DNA of 64,000 bases, taken from Eledone cirrhosa. Its lineage: Eukaryota. The stretch spans positions 110,422,001 to 110,486,000 of the forward strand of contig OZ024744.1 of NCBI GenBank assembly GCA_964016885.1, given 5' to 3'. The notes under the pieces were generated by a model. That model worked only from the letters and a program-made list of their open reading frames with translations, was not told where the DNA came from and ran no database searches. The position numbers and the translations under genes are program-made. Positions 60,901-64,000 of this stretch are shown one piece after another (positions within the stretch are counted from its first letter, which is position 1; every line of letters starts with the position of its first letter).

Positions 60901-62700
60901 TACACAATCCACTTTAATTTACCTTGCTCTGAACACAGTAAAACTACACAATCCACTATAACTTAGCTTGTCCTGAACACAGTAAAACTACACAATCCAC
61001 CATAACTTACCTTGCCCTAAACACAGTAAAAGTACATAATCCACTATAACTTACCTTGCCCTGAACACAGTATAACTTACCTTGCTCTGAACACATTAAA
61101 ACTACACAATCCAATTTAACTTACCTTGCTCTGAATACAGTAAAACTACACAATCCACTATAACTTACCTTGCCCTGAACACAGTAAAACTACACAATCC
61201 ACCATAACTTACCTTGCCCTGAACACAGTAAAATTACACAATCCACTATAACTTACCTTGCCCTGAACACAGTAAAACTACATAATCCACTATAACTTAA
61301 CATGCTCTGAACACAGTAAAACTACACAACCCACTATAACTTACCTTCCTCTAAACACAGTAAAACTACACAATCCACTATAACTTACCTTGCCCTGAAC
61401 ACAGTAAAACTACGTAATCCACTATAACTTACCTTGCCCTGACACAGTAAAACTACAGAATCCACTATAACTTACCTTGCCCTGAACACAGTAAAACTAC
61501 GTAATCCACTATAACTTAACTGGCCCTGAACACAGTAAAACTACATAATCCACTATAGTTTACCTTGCCCTGAACACAGTAAAACTACACAATCCACTAT
61601 AACTTACTTTGCCCTGAACACAGTAAAACTACACAATCCACTATAATTTACCTTGCTCTGAACACAGTAAAACTACATAATCCACTATAACTTACCTTGC
61701 CCTGAACACAGTAAAACTAACACATCCACTATAACTTACCTTGCCCTGAACACAGTAAAACTACACCATCCACTATAAATTACGTTGCCATGAACATACT
61801 AAAACTACACGATCTTCTATAACTTACCTTGCCCTGAACACAGTAAAACCACACAATCCACTATAACTTACCTTGCCCTGAACACAGTAAATCTACACAA
61901 TCCACTATAACTTACCTTGCCCTGAACACAGTAAAACTACACAATCCACTATAACTTACCTTGCCCTGAACACAGTAAAACTACACAATCCACTATAACT
62001 TAACTTGCCCTGAGCACGGTAAAACTACACAATCCACTTCAACTTACCTTGCTCTGAACACAGTAAAACTACACAATCCACAATAACTTACCTTGCCCTG
62101 AACACAGTAAAATTACACAATCCACTATAACTAACCTTGCCCTGAACACAGTAAAACTACACAATCCACTATAACTTACCTGGCTCTGAACACAGTAAAA
62201 CTACACAATCCACTTTAATTTACCTTTCCCTGAACACAGTAAAACTACACAATCCACTATAACTTAGCTTGTCCTGAACACAGTAAAACTACACAATCCA
62301 CCATAACTTACCTTGCCCTAAACACAGTAAAAGTACATAATCCACTATAACTTACCTTGCCCTGAACACAGTATAACTTACCTTGCTCTGAACACAGTAA
62401 AACTACACAATCCAATTTAACTTACCTTGCTCTGAACACAGTAAAACTACACAATCCACTATAATTTACCTTGCCCTGAACACAGTAAAACTACACAATC
62501 CACCATAACTTACCTTGCCCTGAACACAGTAAAAGTACATAATCCACTATAACTTACCTTGCCCTGAACACAGTATAACTTACCTTGCTCTGAACACAGT
62601 AAAACTACACAATCCAATTTAACTTACCTTGCTCTGAACACAGTAAAACTACACAATCCACTATAACTTACCTTGCCCTGAACACAGTAAAATTACACAA
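54980..62700. repeat. Nested HOR with 3913-bp super-period built from 1108, 1301 and 1504-bp sub-blocks
   Basis: CTGAGCACGGTAA has its diagnostic G at 55692, 56800, 58101, 59605, 60713 and 62014; every third copy is exactly 3913 bp apart. Confidence 0.85.
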
Positions 62701-64000
62701 TCCACTATAACTAACCTTGCCCTGAACACAGTAAAACTACACAATCCACTATAACTCACTTTGCTCTGAACACAGTAAAACTACACAATCCACTTTAACT
62801 TACCTTGCTCTGAACACAGTAAAACTACACAATCCACTTCAACTTACCTTGCTCTGAACACAGTAAAACTACACAATCCACTATAACTTACCTTGCCCTG
62901 AACACAGTAAAATTACACAATCCACTATAACTAACCTTGCCCTGAACACAGTAAAACTACACAATCCACTATAACTCACTTTGCTCTGAACACAGTAAAA
63001 CTACACAATCCACTTTAACTTACCTTGCTCTGAACACAGTAAAACTACACAATCCACTTCAACTTACCTTGCTCTGAACACAGTAAAACTACACAATCCA
63101 CTATAACTTACCTTGCCCTGAACACAGTAAAATTACACAATCCACTATAACTTACCTTGCCCTGAACACAGTAAAACTACACAATCCACTATAACTTACC
63201 TTGCTCTGAACACAGTAAAACTATACAATCCACTATAACTTAACATGCTCTGAACACAGTAAAACTACAAAACCCACTATAACTTACCTTGGCCTGAACA
63301 CAGTAAAACTACACAATCCACAATAACTTACCTTGCCCTGAACAAAGTAAAACTACGTAATCCACTCTAACTTACCTTCCTCTAAACAGAGTAAAACTAC
63401 ATAATCCACTATAACTTACCTTGCTCTGAACACAGTAAAACTACACAATCCACAATAACTTACCTTGCCCTGAACACAGTAAAATTACACAATCCACTAT
63501 AACTCACCTTCCCCTGAACACATTAAAACTACATAATCCACTATAACTTACCTTCCCCTGAACACAGTAAAACTACACAATCCACAATAACTTACCTTGC
63601 CCTGAACACAGTAAAACTACATAATCCACTATAACTTACCTTCCTCTAAACAGAGTAAAACTACATAATCCACTATAACTTATCTTGCCCTGAACACAGT
63701 AAAACTATATAATCCACTATTGCTTACGTTGCCCTGAACACAGTAAAACTACACAATCCACTATAACTTATCTTGCCCTGAACACAGTAAAACTACACAA
63801 TCCACTATAAATTACCTTGCCCTGAACACAGTAAAACTACACGATCCACTATAACCTACCTTGCCCTGAACACAGTAAAACTACACAATCCACTATAACT
63901 AACCTTGCTCTGAACACAGTAAAACTACACAATGCACTATAACTTACCTTGCCCTGAACACAGTAAAACTACACAATCCACTATAACTTACCTTGACCTG

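Larger units (their letters stand above)
1..64000. repeat. Tandem satellite array, 44-bp monomer, head-to-tail, single orientation, running off both window ends
   Basis: The consensus ACAGTAAAACTACACAATCCACTATAACTTACCTTGCCCTGAAC (exact copy at 45-88) recurs continuously from 1 to 64000, typically with 0-4 differences per copy. Occasional 43/45/48-bp indel variants and a 26-bp deletion variant occur. No non-repeat insert or inversion was seen. Confidence 0.99.

Noticed and set aside
1-64000. CRISPR array
   Set aside because: There are no unique spacers: the whole 44 bp is repeated with only point variants, and there is no leader or cas gene.
1-64000. Unspliced repetitive protein-coding ORF
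   Set aside because: The monomer has TAA, TAA and TGA on the + strand and TAA, TAG and TAG on the - strand. Because 44 is not a multiple of 3, every frame meets a stop within a few monomers.
1-64000. Telomeric repeat or G-quadruplex array
   Set aside because: CCCTGA and CCCTAA occur only singly within a monomer, and there is only one GGG run per 44 bp on the minus strand.
1-64000. Assignment to a named satellite family, species or centromere
   Set aside because: I do not recognise the monomer; a Dfam/Repbase/nt search and ChIP data would be required.

Overview
The whole 64,000-bp window is one uninterrupted, single-orientation tandem array of a 44-bp monomer. The + strand consensus is ACAGTAAAACTACACAATCCACTATAACTTACCTTGCCCTGAAC (17 A, 14 C, 10 T, 3 G; about 39% GC), present in roughly 1,450-1,500 copies by length estimate. 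I found no unique sequence, ORF, RNA gene, transposon or CRISPR spacer. It looks like eukaryotic satellite or large minisatellite DNA; the organism cannot be identified from the sequence. Variant monomers reveal layered higher-order repeats (HORs) with hand-measured periods of 1214, 2049/2738 (super-period 4787), 1848, 3283, 4954, about 2760-2936, 616 and 3913 bp, separated by short poorly homogenised zones. The most unusual feature is on the minus strand, where each monomer reads TTTTACTGTGTTCAG | GGCAAG | GTAAGT: a spliceosomal acceptor, a 6-nt micro-exon-like core and a consensus U1-type donor, separated by 38-nt GT-AG intron-like spacers. The motif is directly visible; whether it is transcribed or spliced is untested inference. 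All periods were counted by hand from marker variants and block boundaries are approximate.
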